DNA of 64,000 bases from the human T2T-CHM13v2.0 reference genome, Homo sapiens. Positions within the stretch are counted from its first letter, which is position 1. The number at the start of each line of letters is the position of its first letter. Positions 15,151-30,555 of the stretch are shown in pieces. Position numbers and translations under genes: made by a program. The notes below the pieces were generated by a model. It searched no databases. It was not told where the DNA came from and worked only from the letters and a program-made list of their open reading frames with translations. The stretch is from assembly GCF_009914755.1 (NCBI RefSeq), contig NC_060928.1; one strand, 5' to 3'.

Positions 15151-17789
15151 TTTTTTTTAAAGGAATTAAAATGTTAGTAGCTTAAGTATCGAATGTTTAG
15201 TGCTTGTTAAATAGACAACAAACTACTGAGGAATGAACGGGGGAATAGCACAGCTATAAGGCCTTCGTATTGTATAATAATTTTTATCTTGTACTCTATT
15301 TTTATAAGCAGAGATGAAATGTTGAGATTCACTGTGCAGAGGAGCAAACTTCTGTTAATTTTATGTGGGGTGATGATTGTTAGAATGTTTGTAAGTGAGC
15401 CTTGAAGGAAATTTAGAGATATATAGTGTGTATTCAGTTTTCCCAATACTTCTGAAATAGAAGCCGGTTAAAGTCCATGCTTTAGAAGCAGTTCGCAATT
15501 TACACACACACATGTAAATTATATATGTACTTGGTGTATGTGTGTGTGTGATTTTTAACATAGCTGTTACTTTTTTGCTTCTTAAACTAATGAGTCAACT
15601 TATTAAGAAAAGATTACATGTATTTTATGGAAAGTCAATCCACTTTCCTTTTATACTTATATTAAAATTTATTCTTATATATGTTACTAATTTTTGAGAA
15701 TGGAATTGATGGCATCAGCAGTTACTTGTTAGCTTTTCCTCCCTAATTTAATTGCCACTCTGCTGTCTGAAGACAATGTTATGTGATTGTTTTTTTGTAA
15801 GTCCTAAACAAATCAATTGGTTTTGATTTAGGAACATCAGTCCAGTCAGTTACTTAGATTTTTTTAAGGAAGAAAATAAAATGTAGTAACTGCCTATCAT
15901 TTTCTGGAAACAGGGGTGTGAAAAAATTGATGTATTGGAGTATTATGTTTTTAATCATTTTGTAAATTAGGATTGCCCACCAGTATATCTGCTTGACTCC
16001 TGTGTATTCCCTTGCTGGGTGTAGGCTGACTTGAATAAGTTTACATTCCGATACTGAGAATTGCATTCCACTGGGTAGTTCTGACGTACAAGAAGAATGT
16101 GGAGGCCCATACAAAGGGCAAGATTAGGGACACTGATAGAAGAGGCTTCTATGCTCTGTGACTGCCTTTCGTGGAAAGCTCACACTGGCAGAAAGTGCTC
16201 TTGACCCAACTTGGGAGAGGAGAATGTGGTCACAGAAACTTCGGACAATTTGGCCTTACAACACCTGCAGCACCCTGTCTGGTGTTTCATTGCCTATGGG
16301 TATTTACGAAAACTAGGTAAGACTTCACATTCCCAAACTTTCATGCGGTGTGGGAGTCTTGAAGGAAAGTTTTGTTTTCTCTATATTATATGGAAGACTA
16401 CTTAGTAATTGTTTGTCTTCATATTTTTGGTATTACAGAGTCATACCATTTGCACCTGTAGAAATATTTAACTTAGTTTCAATTTTGCTAACAATTTTAA
16501 TTCTTAATTTTTAAATTGTTTTGTATAAAAACTTCAGCAAAAAATTTAATGAGAATGAAAGTCTGAATTGTTATACTGTTTTTAGAGCAGTTGTTCCTTA
16601 GTCATACTGAGGGAGTACTAGCATTTAGGAGTAATCTGTTTCATATGCTGCAAGTGGTCTTTTCAATAATCATTTACTGGTGGGCTTAATTTTTTTTCTT
16701 TTTTGATATGGCAGAGAACTCAAAGATTGACCAGAAGTGAACCTGCATCACTTCTAGTTGTCATCTTGTGGTTGTTTAATATCAGATTTTAAGGACATGC
16801 TGAAATTACATTGAGATTGAATTGTTGAAAGGCAAGGTGTACAGCGTATTTATACAGAACAATTTAGAAGGGTTTAAATTAGACCATAGTGATCACATTT
16901 TCATTCTGTGTAGAAGGAGAAGACTATCAGCATTCTTAAAACACATATACCATACTTCTCCCTTCCACCACCACCTTTTCCTACTTTATGGCCTCTAACT
17001 AGACACCTCTTATCAAACGCTGGTGTCTGTTTAGAAAGAACTAACAGGTTTTTAAAATATTCAGGCTAACTCTCATTGATAACTGTTAACCTACATCTTT
17101 CTTGTTTCTGAAAGACAGCTATTCATATGTGTGTGTTAATATGTATATGTTAATAGCATGTCTTATATACAAATACACATATACACACAAAGACTGAAAC
17201 TACTAGAAGACCAGAAGTAACTTTTGAAAGATATATAATTCAAAGTAGAAAAGGTAAGCTATATATCTTTAAAAATTAAGGAGTCTGAATTTTAAAATAC
17301 TTGTTTATCTTGGTAAGTGGTATTATGAGTGCCATTTCAAAGAAGCAGATGTCCTACTAGTTGAAGTTCTGGCAGTAGCTCCCTGAAGAGATTTGGTCTT
17401 TATAGGTTTGACATTCAGATCTTTGCGGGGGTAACCCTAAAGCTCTTTATGGTCATTTGTAATTTTGCTGAATTTGAATTGCCTTCTGAATTAGAAATGC
17501 TGATTTGTGTTTTTCACTCAACTAGCTAGTGAGTGAGCCTGGTCATTGAGAATTCACCTCTCAATGAAACTCACTTCTCAACTTGTCATTGGGTTATAGC
17601 TGTTTGTGTACTTGTCATCCATGGAATATAAACTACTTAAGAAGAGGGACTATATTTAGTGAGTTTTTCTGTAAACGCTGTATTGATTACTGAGTTTATA
17701 TTGGTAATATTGATTCTGTTATGTGTTCAGTGAACATTTGGAAGAGGAATAAATAGCACAATAATATATATGTCAGAAATAATATTATG

Positions 17790-18132
17790 TAGTCATGCAC
17801 TGTGTAATAATGTTTTAATCAGTAATGGACCACATATACAGTGGTCATCCCAGAAGATTATAATGTGGTATTTTTACTGTAACTTTTCTATGTTTAGATG
17901 TTTAGATACACATATACCATTGTGTTATAATTGCCTACAATATTCAGTACGGTAACATTCTTTATGGGTTTGTAGCCTAGGAGCAATAGGCTGTATCATC
18001 TAGCCTAGGTTTATAGTAGGCTATACCATCTTGGTTTGTGTAAGTATATTCTGTGATGGTCACACAACAGTAAAATCGCCAAACAACATATTTCCCAGAA
18101 CATATCTCCATTCTTAAGCAATGCATGACTGT
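17790..18132. mobile_element. Tigger3a/MER7A-type (Golem) non-autonomous DNA transposon
   Basis: Inverted ends tagtcatgc...gcatgactg, with internal gcctaggagcaataggct motif. Confidence 0.8.
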
Positions 18133-18409
18133 ATGTTAATATATATTATTACTCACACATATTATTTTGTTATGTGTTATATGTTATGTATATAATATGT
18201 TCTCACAAATACATTATATGTCAAATTTAAACAAAAGTTTCTCACATGAATCATATATCCGTGTGAGAAATAATATATGTTTTGTAGAGAGAGAAAAAAG
18301 AAAGAACCTCAAATATATGACCATGGATAAAGAAAAAATGAGATTAATGTTAGGGGAAAGAAAAATGTTCATATAATTGACTCTTCTAAACTTTGATTTA
18401 AAATAAATA

Positions 18410-18639
18410 TTAAGTTGTATCCTTAATCCAAAAATTTCAAATACAGAATGCTCCAAAACTTGAAATTTTTTGAGCACTGACATGGTGCTCAAAGGAAATG
18501 CTCATTGGAGCATTTTGGATTTCATATTTCCAGAGTAGGGATGCTCCACATATATGTGCAAATATTCCCAAATCCAAAATAATCCAAAATCAAAGCACTT
18601 CTGATGCTAAGCATTTTGGATAATGGATACTCGACCTGT
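18410..18639. mobile_element. Tigger4a/MER46A-type (Zombi) MITE
   Basis: Internal aaatgctcattggagcattttggattt palindrome and terminal ggatactcgacctg. Confidence 0.8.
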
Positions 18640-18884
18640 CTTTCAGTCATATTTGTTTACCTTCTGCCCATCTCTAACTAGGTCTTTCACCCAATGTCTA
18701 TCACTTCATTGTTAAGTTATCATATAAAAGAGATGGGTTCCCAGTTTGTCTGTCATTAAACATAACTCTTCCTTGGTTCCTAAGATTTGCTGTTTGTTAA
18801 AATAGAGATTCTACTTTTTCTTATTCAAGTCCCAGATTTTTGCCAGTAAACCCAAATATCCTGTCTATAGTTTCTTTTCTAAGC

Positions 18885-20900
18885 TTTTTTTAATTGTAGT
18901 AAAAATTATGTAAAATATGTCATTTTAACTAGTTTTAAATGTATGGTTACATTTAAGTGTGTGTTACAGTGGCATTAATTACATTCACACTGTTGTGCCA
19001 CTAGTGGCGCTACCTCTTTCTAAAGCTTTTCTGTAACTCCAGATGGAAACCCCGAAACCATTACGCTTTCCAAATTGCTTTCTCCAACTCTTGGCAACCT
19101 TGAATCGACTTTCTGTCTCTATGAATTTGCCTATTCTAGATATTTCATGTAAGTGGAATCATATGATATTTGTACTTTTGTGGCTGGTTTGTTGTCTTTA
19201 GTGGATGTTTTCAAGGTTCATCCATGTTGTAGCAGGTATCAGAACTTCATTCCTTTATATGGCTGAATAATATTCCTTTGTGTGTGTATGCCACAGCTTG
19301 TTTATCCATTCTTCCGTTGTTGGACACTTGGGTTGTTTCCATATTTTGGCTACTGTGAATAATGTTGCAGTGAACATTGGTGTACAAATATCTGTTTGAG
19401 TCCCTGCTCTCAGTTCTTTTTGGTATTTATCTAGGGCTAGAATTGCTGTGTCATATGTTAATTCTATGTTTAGATTTTTGAGAAATTGCCAAACTGTCTT
19501 CCACAGTGGCTGTATCATTTTACATGCCCACCAGCAATGCACAGGGTTCCAAGTCCTCCACATTATTTTTTTTCTTTCTTTTTGCTTTCTTGAAAAAGGG
19601 AAATAATAAAAAATTGTAGCCATCCTGGTATCTCATTTGCATGTGGCTTCAGGTGTGAAATGGTATCTTATTGTGGTTTTGATTTGCTTTTCTCTAATGA
19701 CTCAAGATGCTGAGAATCTTTTCATGTGCATATTGGCTCTTTGTGTATCTTCTCTGGAGAAATGCCTATGTAAATCCTTTGTCAAGTTTACATTGGGTTA
19801 TCTTTTTGTTGTTTAAGACTTTTTTATATATTTTGAATATTGAATCTTTATCAGATATGTGATTTACAAATACTTTCTCTTATTCTGCAGGTTGCCTTTT
19901 CAGTTAATTGATAAGGCCCTTCGATGCAGAGTTTTTAATTTTGATGAAATTTAGTTTATCTATGTTTATTCTCCTGCTCCTCATGCTTTTATTTTCCAGA
20001 GCTAAAAATCTATTGCCAACTCCAAGGTCATGAGGATTTATTCCTGTGCTTTTACTAATAGTTTACTTTTGGCTCTTACATTTAGCTTGTTGATTCATTT
20101 TGAGTTAATTTTTGTGTATCTTGTGCGGTAGGGGTCCAATTTCATTCTTTTTCATGTGAAATCCAGTAATCCCACCACCATTTGTTGAAGACTCTGTTCT
20201 TCTCTCATTGAACAGATATGGCATACTTGTCAAAAATCAACTGGTCAATCATTTGCAGCAACCTGGATGAGACTGGAGACTATTATTTTAAGTGAAGTAT
20301 CTCAGGAATGGAAAACCAAACATCGTATGTTCTCACTCATAAGTGGGAGCTAATCTGTGAGGATACAGAGGCATAATAATGACACAATGGACTTTGGGGA
20401 CTCGGGGGAAGTGTGAGAAGGGGGTGAGGGATAAAAGACTACAAATTGTGTGCAGCGTATACTGCTTGGATGATGGGGGCACCAAAATCTCACAAATCAC
20501 TAAAGAACTTATGTAACCAAGTGCCACCTATTCCCCAATAACCTATGGAAATAAAAAATTTAAAAATATATATATAAGGAAAAAAAGTCCTTTTAATTTA
20601 ACACACACAAAAAATCAATTGACCATTGATGTATGAGTTTATTCCTGGACTCCCAATTCTATCCTTTTGGCCTGAGTACCACACTATTTTGATTACTGTA
20701 GCTTTGTAGTAAGTTTTGAAATTGGGAAGCTGAGTCCTCATTGTTCTTTTTCAAGATTGTCTTGGCAAATTAGGGCCCCCTGAATTTCCATATGAATTTT
20801 AGGACCAGCTTTTTCATTTCTGTAAAAAAGACTGGTCTAATTTTGATAGAGGGTATGTTGAATCTGTAGATCACCTTATGTAGTTTATTATAAGACTTAC
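18885..20900 (-). mobile_element. L1MA/MB antisense fragment interrupted by a sense L1 3' end
   Basis: ORF2 C-terminal remnant (QPLWKTVWQFLKNLNIEL...WKQPKCP) and LVLKFIWK. The host resumes at about 20612 after the insert. Confidence 0.85.
20248..20590 (+). mobile_element. L1 (L1MA1-3/L1PB-like) 3' end nested in the older L1
   Basis: gcagcaacctggatgagactggag...aataacctatggaaataaaaaa plus A-rich tail. Confidence 0.85.
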
Positions 20901-21177
20901 TAAAAAAAAAAACTGCTGTATTTGATAGTGTTGAGTCCATTTCTGACAGTGGCACCAAGGAACAGGATGTAATCACATTTGGATCAGAATGCAGTCACAT
21001 GGTTTAGAACAATCCTTACCTACTTCTGATTTTTTGATGAAGGATCATAGGTGTACATTTAAGTTACCCAAGTTCTTCCTTAATTGTATTATTTCTAAGT
21101 TTTTTAAAAATGATTATTTTAGAAACTTAAGGGATACTGGCTTTCAGCTGGTGTAATAGGACTTAATGAAATATTAT

Positions 21178-21840
21178 TATTTTTTGAGACGGAATCTTGC
21201 TCTGTCACCCAGGCTGGAGTGTAGTGGAACGATCTCGTCTCACCGCAACCTCTGCCTTCCGGGTTCAGGTGATTATTCTGCCTCAGCCTCTCGAGTAGCT
21301 GGGACCTCAGGCACATGCCACCATGCCCGGCTAATTTTTTTTTTTTTTTTTTTTGAGACAGAGTCTCGCTCTGTTGCCCAGGCTGGAATGCAGTGGTGTG
21401 ATCTCGGCTCACTGCAAGCTCCACCTCCCAGGTTCATGCCGTTTATTGGCCAGTCTGGTCTCAAACTCCTGACCTCAGGTGATCTGCCTGCCTCTGCCTC
21501 CCAAAGTGGGGGGATTATAGGCATGAGCCACTGCTCCCAGCCTATTATTATTATTTTTGAGACTGAGTCTTGCTCTGTTACCCAGGCTGGAGTGCAGTGG
21601 TGCAATCTCGACTCACTGTGACCTCCGTCTCCTGAGTTCAAGCGATTCTCCTACCTCAGCCTCCTGAGTAGTTAGGATTACAGGTGCCTGCCATCATGCC
21701 TGGCTAACTTTTGTATTTTTAGTAGAGACAGGCTTTCACCATGTTGGCTAGGCTGGTCTCGAACTCCTAACCTCAAGTGTTCTGCCCACCTCGGCCTTCC
21801 AAAGTGCTGGAATTACAGACATGAGCCACCGTGCCCAGCC
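21178..21840 (-). mobile_element. Alu cluster: chimeric AluS/partial AluY (21178-21542) and AluS (about 21550-21840)
   Basis: Three right-arm starts but only two left-arm ends. Confidence 0.9.
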
Positions 21841-23699
21841 TATGAAAAATTATCTTAATTTATACATCTGATCTTTTGGAAAGCCCTTTGGATTCCCTGA
21901 ATTTTTTGTGAGAAACTTTTCAGTTCTGTGTTTTTCCCCTTAGAAACTCTTCCAGGGTAATACCCTTTTATAGATTTGATTTTCTATAAGGGCATGCATT
22001 GTAATTATTGTTTTTGATTCTTTCCTTGTGTGTCCATCATTTCAAAGTTTGTCTTTGTTTATAATTTTACTTGTTGTGTAAGCATCTTGCTGTGCTAATG
22101 CATTCAAAGACTTCGTTTTTATTAATAACTTTTAACTGAAAGCTGAGAACCTGTTGTTGAGTATAATGTTAAATGCTCTGTGCATTTGATCACTTTTTCA
22201 GTGTAGAGCATTTCATTGTGCACACTGGATCCTCTACGGCTTGCCTGCACTCACACTCTTTATAAAATGTCTTGTACTTTGTTCTTACTGTTCTGGTTTT
22301 CTGTTTCACTCTCTCAAAGTGTATTTGTTATTTGCAATCCTGAAGATTTTGCACCATTTTTTTCCACTAAGTAATCTAAAATATTTAAAAGGATTGTTCT
22401 TTATATTGTCTGTGAGGTACTTTATCTCCTATACATCTTTATCTGTTGCCTTTAAGTCTGTCCTTATTTTCCAGAGCTGAATTTTTTCAGTTTATTTGTG
22501 TAGAACTTCGCCAAAGATTTTTGAAAATGTAGTAAATAATCATATTTACTTGCTTTTGTTTATGTATTTACTGTTTCAAAGAATCAGAGAGCAGAAGCAA
22601 AAGTAACTTGTGGACTTAATTTCTAGCTAACATTTTTTTTTCCATTGCTTTGTCTGTTTCTTCCAACCTTATAGCTTCTGGTTTGTGAGCTAAGAGCACA
22701 TCATCTCTGTGAGAGAGCTCAGAGGCTTTGTCACTGATCAGGCCTAGCGTGTGCACTCATGACCTACTCTTTGGCTCCTTTGAGGCTGCTCTTCCTTTCT
22801 GCATTCCTGGCTGTGTTTGAAAAAATAGATTGTTGAGTAAATGAAGTAACATATTCTCCCTTGCTAATGTGTGTTCTGTGCACATTGCTTTTTCCATTCA
22901 GCTTATTCAATAAATATATCTGATGGAGAGTCTGCAGTTTCTCCTGTTCACATCTTTGTGACGGTTTATGGAACTCGAGTCTTTTTATGGTTGAAAAAGT
23001 TTCATCAGGCTGTAGTGCAACTGACTCTCTGAAAAACACTTATGGAAATGTTTTTGTGTAGCACATTTTAGGAAATGTAAACTTTTCATCCCCAAAGTAA
23101 TAGTGTGCTAGTGCAACTTGAAGTGTGACTTCCTAGCCATGAAGTTCTGTTGAACGAATGACTAATTGGTAAGAGGATTTACGCCTTAAATCCTGGAGTG
23201 GTGAAGATGGTACTAGATTTATATATAAAATAAATAACAGTTATATAGTTTATTTATGTGAACATTAACACCTTTTGCTGCTAAAATTTGTAAACAATTC
23301 TAGCATATGTTTTTGTATCAAGTATTATATGAACAGTGTATACATTACAAACATTTATGATTTTTTACTATGTTACATTTAAAAACGCATAAACATTAGA
23401 CCACTATATTTATAAACTTGTCCAGCCTGTAACCTGCCACATATTTTACTAACACATTGAGATTATTTATTTGCAGTGTATAATTATAAGCTTCATTTTA
23501 AAAAATTAAATTGCAAATAGGTAGATTCAGAAACTCAAACTTTTGTGTATATTGAAGAGTTATGGAATTTCAGTTGTATTTAACTGTAAGCTAAAAGAAA
23601 TGTGTAAAAATTCAGGTCATTTAAATTGCATGAGAAGTAACATGAAGATAGATTTATTATGTTGTTCCTGGCAAATGTTTTCACTTAAAAGTACTCTAA

Positions 23700-24100
<401 letters not shown>

Positions 24101-24507
24101 GGAAATGATTTTGGAAAAGGACTTAATTATCTTTAACAATCAGATAATTATTATTAAGGAAAAGGACTTAAGTGATGGCCTAGTCTAACCTGATAACCTG
24201 TAAACAAATAAAATTTATCATATGATGTGGTCAAGATAGTTTGCTAGAGATTGCAGATGATAGAAGGAGAATGTTGGCTTTTCTGTTTTCTTCCTCTTAC
24301 GTGACTTGGCTCCTAATACTTGAAATATGTGTATTACTATGACATAAAGACGATTATAAATAGAACAAGAATTTCCATAGGAGTCCCTCACAGTGCCTAA
24401 TTAACTTGGAAAAAAATTGTTCAATGAAATAGTTTTTTGGTAGAATTTTAAAGCATTTTTTTCTTAAAGATAAGTTTATTAAATATGATTACCAAAAATT
24501 TTAATAT

Positions 24508-24808
24508 TAGGCTCACATCTGTAATCCCAGAACTTTGGGAGGCAGAGGAGGGAAGATTGATTGTGGCCCTAAGTTCAAGACCAACCTGGGCAACATAGCT
24601 AGACTTTGTCTCTACAAAAATTAAAAAAAAAAAAAAAAAAAAAAAAAGCCAGGTATGGTGGTACGCACCTGTAGTCCCAGCTACTTGGGAGTCTGAGGCA
24701 GGAGGGTTGCTTGAGTTCAGGAGTTCAAGGCTGCAGTGAGCTGTGATTGTGCCACTGTACTGTGGCTTGGGTGACAGAGTGAGACCTTGTCTCTTAAAAA
24801 AAAAAAAA
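24508..24808 (+). mobile_element. AluJ with expanded middle poly(A)
   Basis: Diagnostic gagttcaaggctgcagtgagc and an A-run of about 25 nt at about 24623-24647. Confidence 0.9.
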
Positions 24809-25584
24809 TTAACTGGAAGGAAAGATTTTTGTGAATGAGTGAGGTGTTATATTAACAAAAAGAGCTTCACCCAAATTCTCTGTTCTTAATTCTAGTTTGC
24901 ATATCCCTATGTCAGAAACAATACATCTTCACCATTCTTAACGTGGGAATTCACCACAGATAAGGCAAAGGTGCTATGTCTGTGTTCACTCGTGCAGAGT
25001 TCTCAGGAGGAATGAGCTTTTAGTAGTACATCAACTGAAATAACTTTACCATAGAAATAAAGTCTTAAGTTGAGTATCTTTTTCTTAAAACATTTAGAAT
25101 AAGTTGATTTGAAAATTTAGGAAAATAAACACACTTTTTAGGTGAAAAAAAAGTTTAACCTAAGCAAGTTAAGTTATGAAGAGAATTACATGTACATGCA
25201 TTTTATACTTCTTTGGGACATTTCTATAGTTTGCCACTGAGACATTTCCCATCCCTACTGGAATATTCTCAAAGTTCACCTGAGGATGATTTAAAATAAC
25301 CTAACAGAAAACTCACTCATGCTAATAATTCTCCTTTACTTACATTATTAATTTGAAAATATTATGTTAGAATTTTCCAGAAAAATCTATGACTGAAACT
25401 TAAGAATTTGAATGCTTTCTTGTCATTCTGTGTAAATTATTAAAGATAATTCACTTTCTCCAATGTGTACTTTTTGTAATTGTTTTTAATTTTTATTTAT
25501 CAGGAAGTTTGGCTTATGTTCACAAATCATACTACTTAAATCTCTGAGGTTCTCCTCATTGATTTTTTTTTTCTTTCTTTCTAG

Positions 25585-25660
25585 TTTTGGCAAGCGTTCT
25601 GCAGGAAGTTTTAGGCGTGGCTGTGAATGCATTGTTTTAGAGCCTTCTGAAATGATTGTG
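25585..25660 (+). CDS. RAPGEF2: RAPGEF2 long-isoform internal exon (76 nt), FGKRSAGSFRRGCECIVLEPSEMIV, end of N-terminal cNMP-binding-like region
   Basis: Polypyrimidine tract plus ctag acceptor (AG 25583-84) and donor GTG|gtaaga. The peptide resembles the RAPGEF2/RAPGEF6 'GCxCxVLEPSEMIV' motif as recalled. It ends in phase 0, matching the next exon. Confidence 0.92.
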
Positions 25661-27073
25661 GTAAGAGTATTTCTGTGAGGACTATTTTTCCCCTAAAAAA
25701 TTGTATGAAATAAAGGCATTTTTATAAACTGCTTATAATATTAGATTTTTGTTGAATAGAAAATATTGTATATTTTCTATAACAGATATATTTATTTCAC
25801 AACTTTTTATTAATATGAATTTGAGTTCATAATCATATTTTATTATTTACAGGATTCAATTAAATGCCAAAAAAATTTAAAAAGTACAAGTAGCTAAGTG
25901 TTTGGTTTTTGTACTTTGTAATTCAATCTATAATAATGCCATTTAATTGAAATTTGGGGAGAATCTCTTGATTGCAGGATTTTAGCTCTCCAAGTGTTGA
26001 TTGGAATGAGTGACTTACTTTAAATCAATCACTAGGTTTGCTGGTGTGAGAACAATTTTGGAATCTAAACATGCCTCCATTGTGAGCAATCGTGAGGAAT
26101 AACCAAATGGAACTTGTGTTCACTGTTAATTCATTCATTAGAGTTTCTAAGATGTTTTAAATGAGGAATTATTTTTTAAACAACACTATTTTAAAAAACA
26201 CAAGAAAATCACTTGAATTTTTTCAAGTTATTAAAAGGAAATTTGGGGATTATTATGCTGGTTAAACACTCTGTTGACATCTTTTCCCTCTTTTTAATGT
26301 AATTTTGTGACAAAAATTTATAAACAGAGATTATACATAGAACATATTGTTAAAATAGATATTAGCAACATACTTTGAAGCTTAAAAACCAAACCTGTCA
26401 TACTTTTTACTTACTGTATAAGAATGATTTTAAGATAGGATAATATGTACCCTTTAAAAAATTTAGTAACAAAAATAAGATGAGGTGGAAGGGGAGTTTC
26501 CCAGCCTAGACATTCAGTTGATATTCTTACTGTCTCCATCCAGCACCCTAGCTGGGAAGGAAGATCTTGTAAAGTAAATGATGTCTAAATAAAGATGATG
26601 ATGGAAACTTTTATTCACATTTAGTAAAGTATTTAGTAAACAATTCTAGGTCTCTTTTCAGAGAAGATGTAGGGTTTTTCCCTATGATGTAGGAGAGGAA
26701 TTCTGTCAGAAATGAGAACTTCCTCATCAAAGCTAGCGAACTTTTTGTAAAATTTACTAAAATATTTGGTAAAGTTTTACAAAACGTACTCAAGTGAGAA
26801 AGTAGCATAGTAATGGTAAGGATTTAGGATTGGGAAGAATGTAGGCAGATATATAGCACTTTCCAACAGTAGATAGTCTTAGATATTTCCTTGAGATTTT
26901 GCCCTCTGTTAATGCTACTTTTAGATTTCTCTGGAGGATTTTTAGTCTTTAAAACTGAGTATTTTATACTTGCTGATACTACACAAACTACTAGGTTTGC
27001 TGGTGTGAGAACAGTTTTGTAACCTAGACATGCCTCCATTATGAGAAGTCACATGAGGAATAACCTAATGTAA

Positions 27074-27413
<340 letters not shown>

Positions 27414-27981
27414 TAAAATTTTTTTAAATGAGGAATTACTTTTAAACAACACTATTTATAAAAAAAGAAACCGAAGTCATGGAATGAAAGTAGAAGGAGA
27501 AACCCTTGCGTAACCTACCAAAGCCATTCTGTTAGCACTGTTTTTGAGTCATTCAGGATTTGGAAGTTTTTACAGATTTCCATCAGGGTTTTTTTTTTTT
27601 TTTTTTTCTTTTTTCTACGTTGCTTAAGACAGTGTGGCAGTTGCTTTCATAATGTGTGGTAATGTATCCTGTGAGATCTTTCACTAATAAATCAGTACAA
27701 AGACTGCTGAAAATATCCTTCCCTTTGAAACTACAGGAAATTCAAGAGTTACCCATATTGTCCTAAGTGGAACTGAAAATGCCTCCTCATAAAAGAAATG
27801 TTACTCAAAACCAGTTAGTTCCAGAGAAGTTCAGAGACACTTGAAGTTTGTCCAGATAGTTTTCTACAGATGTCTTTGCAAGATGATTGAATATGGGTTA
27901 TCTGTAAGTTTCTTTCTGTATCTAATATTAATAGGAAATGTTGCGTTTGGAGAAATGAAATTTTGGGGGGTTTTATTTCAG

Positions 27982-28149
27982 GTGGACTATATGGATGAAA
28001 ATGAAGAATATTTTCAGCGGCAAGCTTCCCATAGACAGTCTCGAAGGAGATTTAGAAAAATCAACCAGAAAGGTGAAAGACAAACAATTATTGACACTGT
28101 GGATCCTTATCCCATGGGCAAACCTCCTTTGCCTAGAGGCTATCACACG
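27982..28149 (+). CDS. RAPGEF2: RAPGEF2 long-isoform internal exon (168 nt), VDYMDENEEYFQRQASHRQSRRRFRKINQKGERQTIIDTVDPYPMGKPPLPRGYHT
   Basis: Acceptor tttcag| and donor ACG|gtaagt. 56 open codons, phase 0-0. Lies within supplied ORF 27841-28332. Confidence 0.93.
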
Positions 28150-30555
28150 GTAAGTTATACAAGTATAATATTTTTATTTATTTCTAGTTTTTTGTTGGGG
28201 TTTTGTGAAAAGATGTTTAAGTTTTCCATTTTTGACAAATCTTTTCAATTATATATATATACACACACATTAAGTATACTTAAATATTTATTTTTATTTG
28301 TTATATTAATAAATATAAAAATAAATATATAATATGTATATATTATTTAAACATTTATTATAGAAAGAGTAGATTTTTCTGGGAAACATGATATGATTAG
28401 TTTTTAAAAGACATTGAAATAACATGTCAACAGACTTTGCTAGCTCCTTTATTTCTTAAGTTGTTCTCTGAAGATCAGCTTTGTGATAAGCACATGTAAT
28501 TGTAATTGGAATATTTTAAGTTGTTTTACCTTAATCTAACATTTTAGCGCCCTCCTGTGCACTCCACCCTTCACTCCCAACCCAAATGACTGCTGTCATC
28601 CCTGTTTTTTATTTTAAAAGTAGATATGTAAAAATTACATTATTTTTCATAGCTTTTTATACCTTTATGAGAATATCTCTGAGATTTATTTTTTAATGCA
28701 GTGAAGGAGGAATAATTTGAAATAATGCTTTTTAAAATCTCAATGTAAAGATGCTTAGAAATATTTCTAATAGGTTCAAAGATCCTCTTAAAGGCAGGCA
28801 GACATAACCCAGTTCATTGTCATTTATTTCATAAATATTGATAAATAAACTGCTTTTTATGTTTGAGGAAACCAAGACATAGATAATGAGTGCTTTGTTC
28901 AAGATCTCAATAAAGTCACTTTAAAGCCTTTTTTTTCTTATTCCTTTGTTTTTTCAAGAGCAAAGTCGCTTAGATTCCTGGATATGTCATAATAATGTGA
29001 AAGATCATTTATGCATATAATACCATTAAATGAGTGGTTATTTTATGTATAATTAATTTAAAATAAAAATATAAAAAATAAAAATAGATAATTAACAACT
29101 ATTTTACATTCCCCAGTTGTTTTCCTTTACCTTTTTTTTCTTTCTTCCTGCAAATAAGTATAAATACAAAATGCATGGGAAAAATGTACACAGACTTAAA
29201 ATTATTTACTCAATTTTTAGTAAGTTTAAGTGATATATCTTATACCCACACTTCATATATTCTATTTCTCAGAGAGCCCTTTTTATTTAAATATTTAATG
29301 TGGTTTTGACCACTAGCAACCTGACTACTCCTCTTGCTACCCATGAAGTATTTTAGTTTAACATGGATTTCATAGTTGAATCATTTTATTGAGCTCATTT
29401 GGAAAGGACTGCTTTTTCCTCATCACAAAGACATCTTTGTCTGTTGGAGAGACTAGTATTAAAAAAACCATGAAAGGTTTTTTTGTTACCATTGTCCATA
29501 AAAAAAGGTAATGTTTTTAGGGTTGATGTAGCATTATGGAAGAAGGAAATATGTATTAAAAATAGTTATACATATTAATAGTACAACACAGATAATATTT
29601 TAGCCTAGCATAAATATTGCTAATTTTTTTCTGCTTTGGAATTGTTTTTCCAGATTAGTTTTCAGACTAAAATAGTCAGTGGGAGTATGGATTATTTAAA
29701 ATGTAGCGTTAAAGTTGGTTTGTTTGTTCTTATAGTCATATTTGTCACACTTTAGTTGGGTGGGCCATTTAATAACTGTTCTCTCCCCTCACCCCCAGCG
29801 TGATTCCCCCTTTATGGAAAGCTTCATTCAGTTTCCTTACACGGCTCCCTTTTCATTATTTGTTTTAAAATATGTATTTCTTTTATTGTTACAAGTTTTT
29901 TTTTTTTAAGTGGATTTTTAAGAGTGTCTTACCTAGCCAGCAGATACTTTTAGGGAAAATTCAATAGTAGGATGAAAAAATTGGCTTGATTACTAATGGA
30001 TCATATACTGGTTTACTAATGTGTGACATGTGGTATTAATTTTACTAAATGAGTTAAGATTGGCAACAACATGGTCATAAGGATTGCATCCTTTTTTGGG
30101 GTGTAAAAATAACATTATAATTTATTATTTATTTTACATAAATACATAATTTTAATGTAGGAAGATTGCAAAATTTTGTTTTGTGTGTATGATACCACAT
30201 AGTAAAAAGAATTAAATAGAAATTATTCTTTATTACCCCTACGTCATATTTACTTATTCTTAACAGAAATAGTTCTCTTTGAAAGAAATTGGCTAATAGT
30301 GAAGGACTGAGGGTGAAAAGTTTATTTAAAAGAATTGCATGATCAACTTCACAGGTGATTTAAAGTCATTGCAAGAGCATTTCAAGTGCATGGCTAAATA
30401 ACATGGGAAGCATTATACATATAGCTGATTCTATATGATCATTCTTAACTTAATTTTAACATTATCTTCATTTTGGCAGATGTAATATAGCATGTCTGAT
30501 AATGTTCATCTTTTCCTTTCCTCCTTTATGGCACTCATTTCATTTTGGCTCAAAG

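Noticed and set aside
19255-19623. L1 ORF2-like ORFs (also at 4455, 42980 and 43636)
   Set aside because: Truncated, frameshifted antisense fragments that cannot retrotranspose.
21119-21641. ORFs of 100-150 aa (also at 1662, 5226, 34499 and 60512)
   Set aside because: Typical Alu translations ([19 protein letters not shown]).
27841-28332. 163-aa ORF as a stand-alone gene
   Set aside because: Only 27982-28149 is exon. The flanks are intronic read-through beyond clear splice sites.
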